A stretch of DNA of 64,000 nt from Gammaproteobacteria bacterium (GTDB lineage Bacteria > Pseudomonadota > Gammaproteobacteria > Ga0077536): positions 2,048,001-2,112,000 of the forward strand of contig CAXXLL010000003.1 in NCBI GenBank assembly GCA_963662545.2, read 5' to 3'. The stretch's first letter is position 1, and each line of letters opens with the position of its first letter. The notes under the pieces were generated by a model that saw only the letters and a program-made list of their open reading frames with translations, made no database searches and was not told the DNA's origin. This document shows positions 50,155-60,295 of this stretch, piece by piece. The position numbers and the translations under genes are program-made.

Positions 50155-51975
50155 ATGACATTCGAGACAGCACAGATGAAAAACAGGGTCATACGCCAAT
50201 TTTCGGATTTTATTTTCATAGTCGCGTGGTTTTTTGCAATACCTGCCGCAGGCCAGATCTCGCTCGATCAGGCCACACCGGCTGCGGCACCGGCGTCTGA
50301 ACAGCGCCCGATCCCCGCCAGCCTTGAGTCTCCCCGAGCGACTATGGAGACCTTTCTTGCCTCTATGAAAGCCGTGATAGGTGGCGATCAGACGAAGATC
50401 GCTAAGGCCATCTCGACCCTCGATCTTTCGGAGATGAGCCCGCTGGTGCGTGACGAGAAAGGTAGGGATCTGGTGTGGATCCTCAACGAGGTCATCGACC
50501 GTACCCGCGTGCCGGATGCGAAGCGCTTTGCGACGCGTGCGAAAGGCGACCCCTACGTTTTTCAGACCTACGCTCAGGGTAAGCTCTCCATTGTTTTCAA
50601 GGAAAACGAAGGTTGGCGATTCGGTGTGGAGACCGTCGTAGCGCTGCCCGCCATCCTCGACGAACTGGTGGAGCAGCAAAAGGCCGAGGGTGTGCAACCG
50701 GTCGAGCTGAGTCACCTGCCGTTCCATTTGCGACTGCGCAGCCAATTGCCACCGGCAATGAAAGAGAGAACGCTGGTGCTCGAGCACTGGCAGTGGCTCG
50801 GGATCCTGTTGATCATCCTGCTCGGTATCGTACTCGACAAGCTGGTGTCGATGCTGTTGAGCCTCGGGGTCCGCGTTTGGCGCGATCGGTTCACCACGAG
50901 ATCTTACCGCGAGGTTACTGATTCCATCCTGCGCCCGCTCGGCCTCATGGCCATGGCCTTCGTGTGGTGGGCGGGCTTGAACATGCTGGGCCTGCCGGCG
51001 AAGGCGCTGGTGATCCTCCTGGTATCGGTCAAATTCCTGGCCTGCCTTTCGACGGTCTGGGGCGCTTATCGGCTGGTGGATGTGCTGGGCGCTTTCCTCA
51101 GGGACAAAGCGCTCGACACTGAGACCAAGCTGGACGACGCGCTGGTCCCACTCGTAACCAAGACCATAAAGGTCTTCGTCACGGTTATGGGTGTGGTTTT
51201 CATCGCAGACAATCTCGACGTCGATGTGACGAGCCTGCTGGCGGGTCTCGGTCTAGGCGGCCTGGCGTTCGCCCTCGCGGCCAAGGACGTTGCCGGCAAC
51301 CTGTTCGGTTCCATCACGGTGCTGCTCGACCAGACCTTCCATGTCGGTGACTGGGTCATCATCGGCGATGTGGAAGGCACGGTCGAACGCATCGGCTTTC
51401 GCAGCACGCGCGTCCGGACTTTCTACAATTCGCTGGTGTCGGTCCCGAACTCGATTTTGATCACGGCCAACGTCGACAACATGGGCAGCCGCCAGTTCAG
51501 ACGATTGAGCTGCAAGCTGTCGATCACCTACGACACGCCGCCCGAACGAATCGAGGCCTTCTGCGAAGGCATACGGGAGATCGTTCGCCAGCATCCCTAC
51601 ATGCGCAAGGATTACTATCACGTCTATTTCAACGAGTTCGCTGACGCGTCCCTGAACATTCTCGTTTACGTCTTCTGGAACGTGCCGGACTGGAGTACGG
51701 AGTTGCGCGAACGCCATCGTTTCCTGCTTGATTGCCTGCGCCTGGCGAAGCGTCTCGGCATTGAATATGCCTATCCGACCCAGACGCTGCATCTGAAGCA
51801 GGCCGAGCCCGGGCCGCCGACACCTGAAGAGGGGGTATTCCAGCCGGCTATAACCGAAGACAATGCGCGGGCGCTGGGCCGCGACGAAGCCCGGGCGATC
51901 GTGGCAGCGACGACAGGGCTGGATGTCGTTCCCGGGCCCGTTAAGATCGGTGGTGGTGCGAACGGTGGAGAATGA
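50155..51975 (+). CDS. MscS-family mechanosensitive channel with periplasmic extension
   Basis: ESPRATMETFL, LAGLGLGGLAFALAAKD, FHVGDWV, GTVERIGFRSTRVRT, AYPTQTL. Confidence 0.92.
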   Translation: MTFETAQMKNRVIRQFSDFIFIVAWFFAIPAAGQISLDQATPAAAPASEQRPIPASLESPRATMETFLASMKAVIGGDQTKIAKAISTLDLSEMSPLVRDEKGRDLVWILNEVIDRTRVPDAKRFATRAKGDPYVFQTYAQGKLSIVFKENEGWRFGVETVVALPAILDELVEQQKAEGVQPVELSHLPFHLRLRSQLPPAMKERTLVLEHWQWLGILLIILLGIVLDKLVSMLLSLGVRVWRDRFTTRSYREVTDSILRPLGLMAMAFVWWAGLNMLGLPAKALVILLVSVKFLACLSTVWGAYRLVDVLGAFLRDKALDTETKLDDALVPLVTKTIKVFVTVMGVVFIADNLDVDVTSLLAGLGLGGLAFALAAKDVAGNLFGSITVLLDQTFHVGDWVIIGDVEGTVERIGFRSTRVRTFYNSLVSVPNSILITANVDNMGSRQFRRLSCKLSITYDTPPERIEAFCEGIREIVRQHPYMRKDYYHVYFNEFADASLNILVYVFWNVPDWSTELRERHRFLLDCLRLAKRLGIEYAYPTQTLHLKQAEPGPPTPEEGVFQPAITEDNARALGRDEARAIVAATTGLDVVPGPVKIGGGANGGE

Positions 51976-52045
51976 TGAATCCTATTTCGCGGCTCGCAAT
52001 GTTCCGGCGGCCTCATTAACTAAGGGACACCGAGTGATCAGAAAA

Positions 52046-52735
52046 ATGAATAAATTTATATGCACCCACTCCCTCATGGCGGCATTGCTGTTTTCCCTGT
52101 CGCCATTTGCCCTAGCCGATGAGCCGATCGATATTCTGCGCGAGAACATCGCGCGGGGAATCGGCGTACTGGAAGATCCGCAATACGAGGCGAACGGTAA
52201 TCGGGACGTTCAACTGGACAAGCTGTGTGAGATCACAATGGAGATCTTCGATGCGAAGCTGTTCACTCGATTGGCCCTGACTTCGGATTGGAAAAGATTC
52301 AGTACCGAGCAGCAGACAGAGTTCGTCGATGTGTTTGCTACGTTTCTGTGTCGGTATTACCTCACCCGGATGCAGGATCGCTACGACGGCCAGCGAATTG
52401 AATTCACTGAGCAGACTTTCAAGTCCGATACCCGCGTATCAGTCGGGGCCGACGTTATCTGGCGGGGTCTCGAAATACCGATCGAAGTTCGCATGGTGCT
52501 TCGTCATGAAAAATGGACTGCTTATGATCTTGTTGTCGCGGGCGTGAGCGCGGTCATATTGTATCGAGCGCAGTTTCGCTCAGTATTACGGGACGGTACG
52601 CCCGCCGACTTGATCGATACCATCAAGCAGAAAACACCCGCCGCCGCCTATGCCGGCGCGGTGGACAGTTCCGTGCCCGCAACGCCCGCTGAACCGGATC
52701 CCGGTCCAGAGGGATCCGAACGGAGTGAAACCTGA
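52046..52735 (+). CDS. MlaC/Ttg2D-family protein (second copy)
   Basis: Signal peptide, FD...TRLAL..DWKRFS.EQQ.EF, WTAYDLVVAGVS..YRAQF. Confidence 0.8.
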   Translation: MNKFICTHSLMAALLFSLSPFALADEPIDILRENIARGIGVLEDPQYEANGNRDVQLDKLCEITMEIFDAKLFTRLALTSDWKRFSTEQQTEFVDVFATFLCRYYLTRMQDRYDGQRIEFTEQTFKSDTRVSVGADVIWRGLEIPIEVRMVLRHEKWTAYDLVVAGVSAVILYRAQFRSVLRDGTPADLIDTIKQKTPAAAYAGAVDSSVPATPAEPDPGPEGSERSET

Positions 52736-52936
52736 ATCGCCGCTGATCGATGGAGGAAGGCAGCGGGCGATCACCGCTGCCTTCACGGGCACGCGAGGCG
52801 GTTGGGGTACGACGCCTCGTTGATCGAAGCACACGAGCGCCCGTGCCTTTAAGTCTAGTCGTTCGCCGCCGATTTTTCCGCGCGGTTCGAGCGTCGGCCT
52901 CGCATTGATTCACATCCCCTTAATGAGGGAGGCAAC

Positions 52937-53338
52937 ATGCCCAACAAGCATTTAAATCCAGATACCTTGTTCACTCCGGAAGGCAACAGCTATACGCAGG
53001 TTGTCACGAGTACGGGCGGTACGACCATCCACGTCGCGGGGCAGGTCGCGTTCGATATGGCGGGCAATGTCATTGGCATTGGTGACTTGCAGGCTCAGAC
53101 CGAAAAAGCGCTCGATAACCTGCGCCTGGCGCTCACGGCTGCCGGAGCGGGTATCAAGGACCTGGTTCGCATGCGTTATTACGTAGTCAACTACGATCCA
53201 GCGTGTCTCGAGTTCCTGCTGCCCGTAGTGACGGCATTTTTCGACGATGCACCTGCGCCGGCCAGCACGCTGGTCGGGGTGTCCGCGTTGTTTGTGGACG
53301 GCCTGCTGATTGAGATCGACGCGACTGCGGTCCTCTGA
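52937..53338 (+). CDS. RidA/YjgF-family protein
   Basis: YTQVV, HVAGQV, PASTLVGVSAL, LIEIDATA. Confidence 0.9.
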   Translation: MPNKHLNPDTLFTPEGNSYTQVVTSTGGTTIHVAGQVAFDMAGNVIGIGDLQAQTEKALDNLRLALTAAGAGIKDLVRMRYYVVNYDPACLEFLLPVVTAFFDDAPAPASTLVGVSALFVDGLLIEIDATAVL

Positions 53339-53502
53339 TCATCTATCTATACGGTATCTGGCATAAGGGCTGCGTGATCTAACCGGCATCACGGCGTCAT
53401 CCTCCGTCGGTTGACTTGCACATCGACGAACGCGGGCTCGATCTGTTCGGGTAGAATCCGTCGGAGAACCACCTTCGGCGATCGATCCAAGGGAGAACGA
53501 CA

Positions 53503-54297
53503 ATGGACCTAAACGCTTACGAAACGTTCAAGTTCGAGCGTCGCGGAAACATTCTGACGGCGATCATTAATCGACCCGATCACATGAACGCGGTCAACGC
53601 CCAGATGCATACTGAAATGGCGAGCGTGTTCTACGATCTGCAGAAGGATCCGGATAGCGACGTCATCATCCTGACCGGCGAAGGGCGGGCATTCTGCGCG
53701 GGCGGGGACACGGCGTGGTTCCAGAAGATGATCGACGATCCCGTGTTATTCGAACGCCTGATGCCCGAGGCGAAGGCTATTGTGTTCGGATTGCTGGAGC
53801 TCGAAAAACCCATCATCTGCCGGCTGAACGGCGCGGCTGCCGGGCTCGGCGCTACCATTGCGTTGTTGTGCGATATCGTCATCGCTTCGGAGAAGGCACT
53901 GATCGGCGATCCCCATGTGTGCATGGGCCTCGTCGCCGGTGACGGCGGTTGCGTGATCTGGCCGCAGCTCATCGGATTCAACAAGGCCAAGGAACTGCTC
54001 ATGCTTGGCGACATGCTGAAGGCGCACGAAGCCGACAAGTACGGTCTGATCAATCATCTGGTGCCGCCCGAAGAACTCGACCTAAAGACGAACGAAATTG
54101 CCGATCGGCTCGCCAAAGGTGCGACCAAGTCCATCCGCTTCACCAAGATCACCGCGAACATTCCACTGCGCCGGATCGCGGCGGAACTAATGGATGCCAG
54201 CTTGCCTTATGAAGCTTTGACCAATCTGACTGCGGATCATCAGGAGGCCGTCAATGCCTTTATCGAAAAGCGGGCCGCCAATTTCACCGGGAACTAG
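53503..54297 (+). CDS. Enoyl-CoA hydratase/isomerase family protein
   Basis: NRPDHMNA, GRAFCAGGD, NGAAAGLG, DPHV.MGLVAGDGG. Confidence 0.92.
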   Translation: MDLNAYETFKFERRGNILTAIINRPDHMNAVNAQMHTEMASVFYDLQKDPDSDVIILTGEGRAFCAGGDTAWFQKMIDDPVLFERLMPEAKAIVFGLLELEKPIICRLNGAAAGLGATIALLCDIVIASEKALIGDPHVCMGLVAGDGGCVIWPQLIGFNKAKELLMLGDMLKAHEADKYGLINHLVPPEELDLKTNEIADRLAKGATKSIRFTKITANIPLRRIAAELMDASLPYEALTNLTADHQEAVNAFIEKRAANFTGN

Positions 54298-54564
54298 CAG
54301 TCTGTCGGACTTAGGCAATCGTCGCGAGCAGAGTGGGAGAGCGAGGCCAAATGTTCACGATTTTGAGGCGCATAGTGGTTCTATGTAACGATAAATCGTG
54401 GATATTTGGGCCGCTCTCCCATCTGCGTAGCAGATTGTTCCTAAGTCCGACAGGCTGCTAGGAAGGCGTTGCGACATAATATTCGCCAGCAAGCCGGCTC
54501 CTACATCATCGAAGCCCCTGTAGGGACCAGCTTGCTGGCGAATCAAACGACCGGAGCAAACCCG

Positions 54565-55737
54565 ATGTATTTCCAGGAAGAACCCGAACACATCACGATA
54601 TTGCGGCGGCAGCTCAAGCGCCTAGTTGAGGAGGAAATGCCGCGCGAGCTCGTCAGGCAGTGGGACAGGGACAGGCACATGCCGCGCGACGCCATCGCCA
54701 AGATGGTGGATCTGGGGGTCTGCGGGCTGACTATCGACGAGGAATACGGTGGCCTCGGGCGCGATGTCGTCGCCGCCATCGTCGTCATCGAGGAGCTCTC
54801 GCGGCGCAGCATGCACCTCGCGGGACCGTATATCCACATCGCCTTCTACGGCGGTATGAATATCTCCGAGAGCGGCAGCGAGGAGCAGAAGCGTGAATAC
54901 CTGCCGAAGCTTGCCAGGGGCGAAATTCTGTTTGCCTATGGCTTATCGGAACCTGACGTCGGCGGCGATCTCGCCTCGGTGACGACCACCGCCAAGCGGA
55001 CGCAGGGCGGCGATGCGGTTGTGATCAATGGTACCAAGCGCTGGTGCTCCGCAGCCCGCGACGCGGACTATATTTACTGTCTCGTTAAATCCGATCCCGA
55101 TGCACCGCGCTACAAGAATCTTTCCTTCGTCCTGGTACCAACCGACAGTCCCGGCATCAGTTTCAACGACATCGCCCATACGGGGATCCGGTACACCACG
55201 ACGGGAGACGTCATTTTCGACGACGTCGAGGTACCCGCCAGCTATATCATCGGGGGGGAAGAGGGCTGGAATGCCGGCTGGCCGAAACTCATCGGCCCGG
55301 CGCTCGACGTCGAACGGCTCGAGATCACCGCGTTCGCGCTTGGCACAGCGCACGCGGCGGTGGAAGACGCCTGGAACTACGCGCAAGTTCGCAAGCAGTT
55401 TGGGAAAGTGATCTCTTCACACCAGGCCATCAGACACGCTTTGGTCGATGCCAAGACCAAGCTGCAAGCCTGCGATCACATGCTCTACCATGCGGCGTGG
55501 TTGGCGAACGAGCGTAAACCGTGTTCGGTTGAGAGTTCTATGGCGAAACTCTTCATCGGTGAAACCGCACTGGAGATCGCGCTCAGCTGCCAGCAGATCA
55601 TGGGTGCGTACGGTCTTGCGGAGGAGTACGACATGGAACGTTACGTGCGCGATCTGATGTGCATGCCGATCGTCGGTGGCAGTTCCAACATGCAGCGTAA
55701 TAACATCGCCGGAAGGCTGCGGCTGGCTTCGGAATAG
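54565..55737 (+). CDS. Acyl-CoA dehydrogenase
   Basis: EEYGGLG, GLSEPDVGGD, INGTKRW, RKQFGK, QIMGAYG, IVGGSSNMQR. Confidence 0.93.
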   Translation: MYFQEEPEHITILRRQLKRLVEEEMPRELVRQWDRDRHMPRDAIAKMVDLGVCGLTIDEEYGGLGRDVVAAIVVIEELSRRSMHLAGPYIHIAFYGGMNISESGSEEQKREYLPKLARGEILFAYGLSEPDVGGDLASVTTTAKRTQGGDAVVINGTKRWCSAARDADYIYCLVKSDPDAPRYKNLSFVLVPTDSPGISFNDIAHTGIRYTTTGDVIFDDVEVPASYIIGGEEGWNAGWPKLIGPALDVERLEITAFALGTAHAAVEDAWNYAQVRKQFGKVISSHQAIRHALVDAKTKLQACDHMLYHAAWLANERKPCSVESSMAKLFIGETALEIALSCQQIMGAYGLAEEYDMERYVRDLMCMPIVGGSSNMQRNNIAGRLRLASE

Positions 55738-55901
55738 GGAACCTATGATTAAGTCATGGTGCGTCTGAGTGGTTCATGCAATGGTGCAGATCAAGGCACG
55801 AATCGCGGCCATAGCGGGGATTAGGGCTAAGGTTCGTAACGTAAGACTCCGCGATTTCATGGGCAAGGCAGATGTGCCATGATTTATTCAGAGGTTTCTT
55901 A
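55735..55901. repeat. Degenerate MITE-like element
   Basis: Left TAGGGAACCTATGATTAAGTCATGG vs reverse complement of right end TAAGAAACCTCTGAATAAATCATGG. Confidence 0.5.
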
Positions 55902-56272
55902 AGTGGTCGTGACGGCTGAGACCGTCCCTGCTCCGGGATCTAGGCAGCGGATTGCCCGGCCCGGCCCCGACGGTCTTCTTCCAGGTAGCCCCGGTTCGCC
56001 GAAAACGAGGAGCAAGATCAGACCGAATCACCCCCCCTCCCCGTTTAAACGCCCATCTTATTCGTAGCTTATCGAGTGATTCGTACCTTCATAAACAGAA
56101 ATAGTTGCTAAGCGACTGACTTAGTTTCATATCGGAAATAATGCCAATTATTTCCTGGATCTTGGTTCTACGAGGCGGTAATTTGACAGTTGCGGACCGG
56201 GCTTCCGGTGCGCAAGCATGCCTCAAAATAATTAGACTGCGCAGATAAATACAAGCCACGGAGGTACGCGCT

Positions 56273-56803
56273 ATGTTGTTTAAGAAAAAGGACCAGGAAG
56301 AGCAAGGTGAAATCATCGGTGAGGCCAAAGTAGTCGATCGATCAGACGAAATCACCGAAGTGCGGGGTGCGTCGATCGAAGTAACGGCGGAAGAACCGGA
56401 ACTCGTTGCACCGGCTGCGATCATCGGCCAATCGATCCTCATCAAGGGAGACGTCAGTGGTGATGAGGATCTCATCGTCGAGGGCCGTATCGAAGGCACG
56501 GTGTCATTACTGAAGAGCCGTTTGACGGTTGGATCGAATGGCAACATCCATGCAACCGTCAATGCGAAAACCCTCAATATCGAAGGAAACATCGAGGGCG
56601 ACGTCAATGCTGGCGAATATGTGGTACTGACGAGCTCCGGCAGGATGCAGGGCAACATCAAGGCCCCGCGGATAACGCTTCAGGACGGCTGCAAGTTCAA
56701 GGGAACGATCGACATGGAGATGGATCCCAGCTCGGTCGTGACCGATCTAAAGCAGCCTTTTTCGAGCTCCTCGCAGAAAACGAGCCCGGATCAGGCGATT
56801 TAA
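56273..56803 (+). CDS. Bactofilin (polymer-forming cytoskeletal protein)
   Basis: IIGQSILIKGDVSGDEDLIVEGRIEG...GNIKAPRITLQDGCKFKG. Confidence 0.92.
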   Translation: MLFKKKDQEEQGEIIGEAKVVDRSDEITEVRGASIEVTAEEPELVAPAAIIGQSILIKGDVSGDEDLIVEGRIEGTVSLLKSRLTVGSNGNIHATVNAKTLNIEGNIEGDVNAGEYVVLTSSGRMQGNIKAPRITLQDGCKFKGTIDMEMDPSSVVTDLKQPFSSSSQKTSPDQAI

Positions 56804-56881
56804 GCCAGGCCGACGCTGCGCAATTTCCGACGGCGCTCCGGGTTTGTACTCGGGGCGCCGCGCGGGAAGTGCTTCGTTTAG

Positions 56882-56941
56882 ATTCGCCCGCAAGCGGGCT
56901 CCTACCTTCGGTTCCGCGTAGGAGCCTGCTTGCGGGCGAAT
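56882..56941. repeat. GTAG-type REP dimer between convergent genes
   Basis: ATTCGCCCGCAAGCGGGCTCCTAC / GTAGGAGCCTGCTTGCGGGCGAAT. Confidence 0.75.
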
Positions 56942-56972
56942 GAATTACGCATCCCGAATCGCGAACGCCGGT

Positions 56973-57503
56973 TCAATCCTCGGAAGAATCCCTGTACACC
57001 ATCGCATAGATCGCCGCGAAGGCGTCGTCCGCCATCGCGCGCACTTCTTCATCGGTGCGATCCTGAATGGGGTGCGGAACAAACACCCGCTTGGGATGGA
57101 AGCCGAGCGCTTCCCCTTGGGTATCGGCCGCCGTCACGAACGCACTTGACGCGACGTACCCGCCGGGAATGCCGCGGCTGTCGAGATTCTTGATGTCATG
57201 CAAACTGCACGACGTACACGATCCTCAGTCAGCCAGGCCTTCGACCACCACGTCGCATTGGCTGGCGATGTCCTGCAACAGTCCGACCGGCGCGGGTCTA
57301 GCGAAGGTCGGTTTCTTGAAGCGGATGGTCTTGAGCCCGCGTTCGCTCAGCAGGGCGTCGATGCGATCGAGAAACACGTCCCCCTTCACCTTGGAGATGT
57401 CCAGCAGACCCACCGTCAGGTCTTTGAGAGAAGCCGGCGTCGGCAGCGGATCACGCTGCGCCGTGCCCTGCTCGCCGGTGGGGTCGAGAATTACCTGCGT
57501 CAT
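56973..57503 (-). CDS. UGSC-family selenoprotein
   Basis: VVEGLAD-UGA(57227-57225)-GSCTSCSLHD in frame; hairpin 57213-57195 starts 11 nt after the UGA; ATGA overlap with the upstream gene. Confidence 0.88.
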
Positions 57504-58927
57504 GAGAGTATCTCCTTGGTAACCGGGTTGGTGCCGAGAGGGCCCTTCATCAACCATCCCGGGATGATAGCGGAGAAGAGGCCCGCCCGCCCGCCCGCTC
57601 GGATCAGCGTTAAACCTTCGGGCCGGAACTTCGGCATCCTCCCGCCGGCGGATGCTGTCGTCGGCGCTGCGTCATCATTCGTACCCATGGCGAGGTCGTC
57701 GCCAGGAACATTCAATTGCGCATGCAGGGCTTCGACCGCTTGGGCTTTGCTCCAGCCCGCTTCGTCGAACACACGCCCGTGCTCGGGCCCGATCAATACG
57801 ACGGCGTCCGAACCGTTGACCAGGTCGGCGTGACCGACCGTGCGCAGGCTCTGGGCGATCGACACGATCAAGGGTTCGGGCACGCGGGCTTTCTGATCGA
57901 GGACGCCCTGTACGCCGTCGGCGCTGAACAGGGTGACGGTCGATTGACCGGCATCGAATCCGCGTTCTTCCGCCAGGCTCGGCCACGGCGTATCTTCGTC
58001 TTCCGCGAAACAAAAGGTGTATTTGCCCGGTGTCCCAAACGTCGATTGGTCGGCTTCCTGCGGGCGTCCCCCGCCGACGTTACGAATGATCAATTGCAGA
58101 GCCCGGCCGATCGTCGCATTGGCCCGGTTGCCTTGTCCCAACACGTTGCCCTGCCAGTTCATGCCTATGGCTTTACGCAACGGTCCGTTCACGATCAACA
58201 TAGGCCCCGAAAACCAGGTCGTCGCCAACAATCCGTGCATGCAGAACGCGGGATCGAGCGCGGCTTCGGTGGCAGCGATGACGACGGGCAGGTATTCCGG
58301 CTTACAGCCGGCCATCACCGCATTGACGGCGATTTTTTCGATCGTCAGAGGCACCAGGACAGGCGGGACCTCGCCCAGCAGCTCATCGGATCGCCGACGG
58401 GTACCCTGGAGCATGCGGTAAACCCGTTCTTCGGTCGGCGGCACCAGCGGCAGACCATCGCTCCAGCCGCGCTCGAAGCAATACTCGATATCGTCTTCCA
58501 GTTCCGGGATCGCAAGGCGACGGGAATGGATCGAGACATCGCCGAAGCGCAGCGCGAGCTTTTCTGCGTTACCGGGTTCGACCGACAGCGATCCGCAGCC
58601 TGGCCGGTAGGGAGGCAGATCCGTGCCGATGTTCTCGAGTCCCGTCAGGGCCGCCCATTCCTCGCGAGCCCAGCCGATGACGCGCGATCGTTCTTCACCG
58701 TTTTCAACTTGAATGAGCGTGGGCACGGTCTCGATGTCGAGACGGTAGGAGCGTTCGAGCGAGGTATCGTCGACGACGTGATCGAGCTTCGGGAAACTCG
58801 TGTCGTCCTGCGTATACACCGTGAGCGGCAGGCCGCCTCGCGCGATTTCCTGGAGGACCGGTTCGATCAGTACGCAAGTGGGACAGTCGCGCTTTACGAC
58901 GGCGACGAATCCTTCGGGTAATTTCAT
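57500..58927 (-). CDS. Thioredoxin-fold (CPTC) protein fused to a GWSDGLPLVPPT domain; UGSC partner
   Basis: KRDCPTC, TVPTL, RPGCGS, GWSDGLPLVPPT, NAVMAGC, NRANATIGRAL. Confidence 0.82.
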   Translation of the reverse strand: MKLPEGFVAVVKRDCPTCVLIEPVLQEIARGGLPLTVYTQDDTSFPKLDHVVDDTSLERSYRLDIETVPTLIQVENGEERSRVIGWAREEWAALTGLENIGTDLPPYRPGCGSLSVEPGNAEKLALRFGDVSIHSRRLAIPELEDDIEYCFERGWSDGLPLVPPTEERVYRMLQGTRRRSDELLGEVPPVLVPLTIEKIAVNAVMAGCKPEYLPVVIAATEAALDPAFCMHGLLATTWFSGPMLIVNGPLRKAIGMNWQGNVLGQGNRANATIGRALQLIIRNVGGGRPQEADQSTFGTPGKYTFCFAEDEDTPWPSLAEERGFDAGQSTVTLFSADGVQGVLDQKARVPEPLIVSIAQSLRTVGHADLVNGSDAVVLIGPEHGRVFDEAGWSKAQAVEALHAQLNVPGDDLAMGTNDDAAPTTASAGGRMPKFRPEGLTLIRAGGRAGLFSAIIPGWLMKGPLGTNPVTKEILS

Positions 58928-59091
58928 TACATCGATCTCCACGTTTCGGGCCCGATCCCGCGGCGCTAAACTGCGCAAAGGGCGAGCCGATGTCTATACT
59001 ACGAAGGAAGCGACGGTCAGCGACACACCCATCTACTGGTTGGTGTCTCGCGACGATGCACCGTGCAGCTCGCAAATAACATAACTATTAG

Positions 59092-59430
59092 ATGGAGCCC
59101 ATTATGAGCATTCGAATTTCGATGATTATTTTGACATCAATGTTGATCTTCTTGTCCGCCGCGTCTCTGGCAGGCGAGCGCATGATCGCCGGATCGCAGC
59201 GCGGCAGCGACCTCGTGGCGACCGGTGCCGCGGATGCGCTCACTTCGCCCGCCCGGGTCTTGACCGAAATTCGCGATGAGACGAAGAACTTCGGGGCATT
59301 CGGAATCATTGGCGGCAGCGTCAGAGGCCCCATAAAAGCCGGCGGCCAGGCCTTGAGGGGCGGTGCACGGATGGCGATTGGGATACTCGATGTCTTGTTA
59401 TCGCCGTTTGTGGAACCCGAGCCTGAGTAA
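59092..59430 (+). CDS. Small secreted hypothetical protein
   Basis: Signal peptide, Gly-rich amphipathic segments. Confidence 0.55.
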   Translation: MEPIMSIRISMIILTSMLIFLSAASLAGERMIAGSQRGSDLVATGAADALTSPARVLTEIRDETKNFGAFGIIGGSVRGPIKAGGQALRGGARMAIGILDVLLSPFVEPEPE

Positions 59431-59604
59431 GTGAGGGGGCGAATGGAAGTGCCTTGGTGAAGCGGGGGCATCAGCAATGTACTGTTGCGAACCGTATAGA
59501 ACTGCTTGCGGCCGGGAGGAGGTAATCGACAAGGAACCAGTTTTCACTCCCTCCCCTGAATGAGTGCTTGCGACCTGAGGGAGACATTCGCAATCGTGGT
59601 TGCT

Positions 59605-59778
59605 TTACTCCAATTCGAACAACTGTGCCTTCGCCTCTTGCAGGTCTTTGGTGTCAAAGCCGTCGGTGAACCAGTTGTAAATTTGGGATAGCAACTCGCG
59701 GGTTTTGGTTGTCTTCCCCTGCTGCTGCCACAGCCGGGTAAGGCTGGTGGCGGCCAGGAGTTCCCAAGATTTGCCTTC
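59605..59778 (-). pseudogene. C-terminal remnant of an adenylate cyclase/AAA ATPase-TPR protein
   Basis: KSWELLAATSLTRLWQQQGK...IYNWFTDGFDTKDLQEAKAQLFELE*; no start, stop codon immediately upstream. Confidence 0.75.
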
Positions 59779-60049
59779 CTAGTGTTTAGCGTTTTTCGAC
59801 AAGTTGAATACCACCTTGCGCGACCACCCATGGACAAATCGACAAAAATACGTTCCCGCGGAGACGCTTTTATAGTGAGAATCATTCGCATGCACTAATC
59901 GACCGGATTTAGTGGGAAGCGGAAATAATGGGGTCGGAGTAATCTTGCCGGTCCGCAATTGCGATAGCATGTAGAGCGTAATAATGAGCCGTATTGCCCC
60001 TGAGCGACGTTCGCTCCGGCAATCTTTCGTTTTTGAGGAAAATCCGTTA

Positions 60050-60280
60050 ATGAGCAATTTTCTGTTTCCGCGGCCGGCTGAGGCTGCGCCGGTTCAGTCG
60101 CGGGAACCCGTGGAAGGTGCCTGCGATGAATGCGGGGCGGAGGATCTTCTGCGATACCCCGTTCTTTCCGAAGGCGGTTGGTTCATCGTCGTTAAGTGCC
60201 AGAGCTGTCTGTATTCGATGAGTCGGGAACATTGGGCCCGGCTCGGCGCCGTTCAACTCATGACAGACGCCATCGAGTGA
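60050..60280 (+). CDS. Small Zn-ribbon protein (2x CxxC) heading the hydantoinase operon
   Basis: CDEC...CQSC; GAGGA RBS; 15 bp before subunit A. Confidence 0.72.
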   Translation: MSNFLFPRPAEAAPVQSREPVEGACDECGAEDLLRYPVLSEGGWFIVVKCQSCLYSMSREHWARLGAVQLMTDAIE

Positions 60281-60295
60281 GGGGGAAATAACACC

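Noticed and set aside
53359-53373. Sigma54-like TGGCATAAGGGCTGC upstream of the enoyl-CoA hydratase
   Set aside because: Spacing is right but the -12 element is CTGC and no activator gene is nearby; too weak to call
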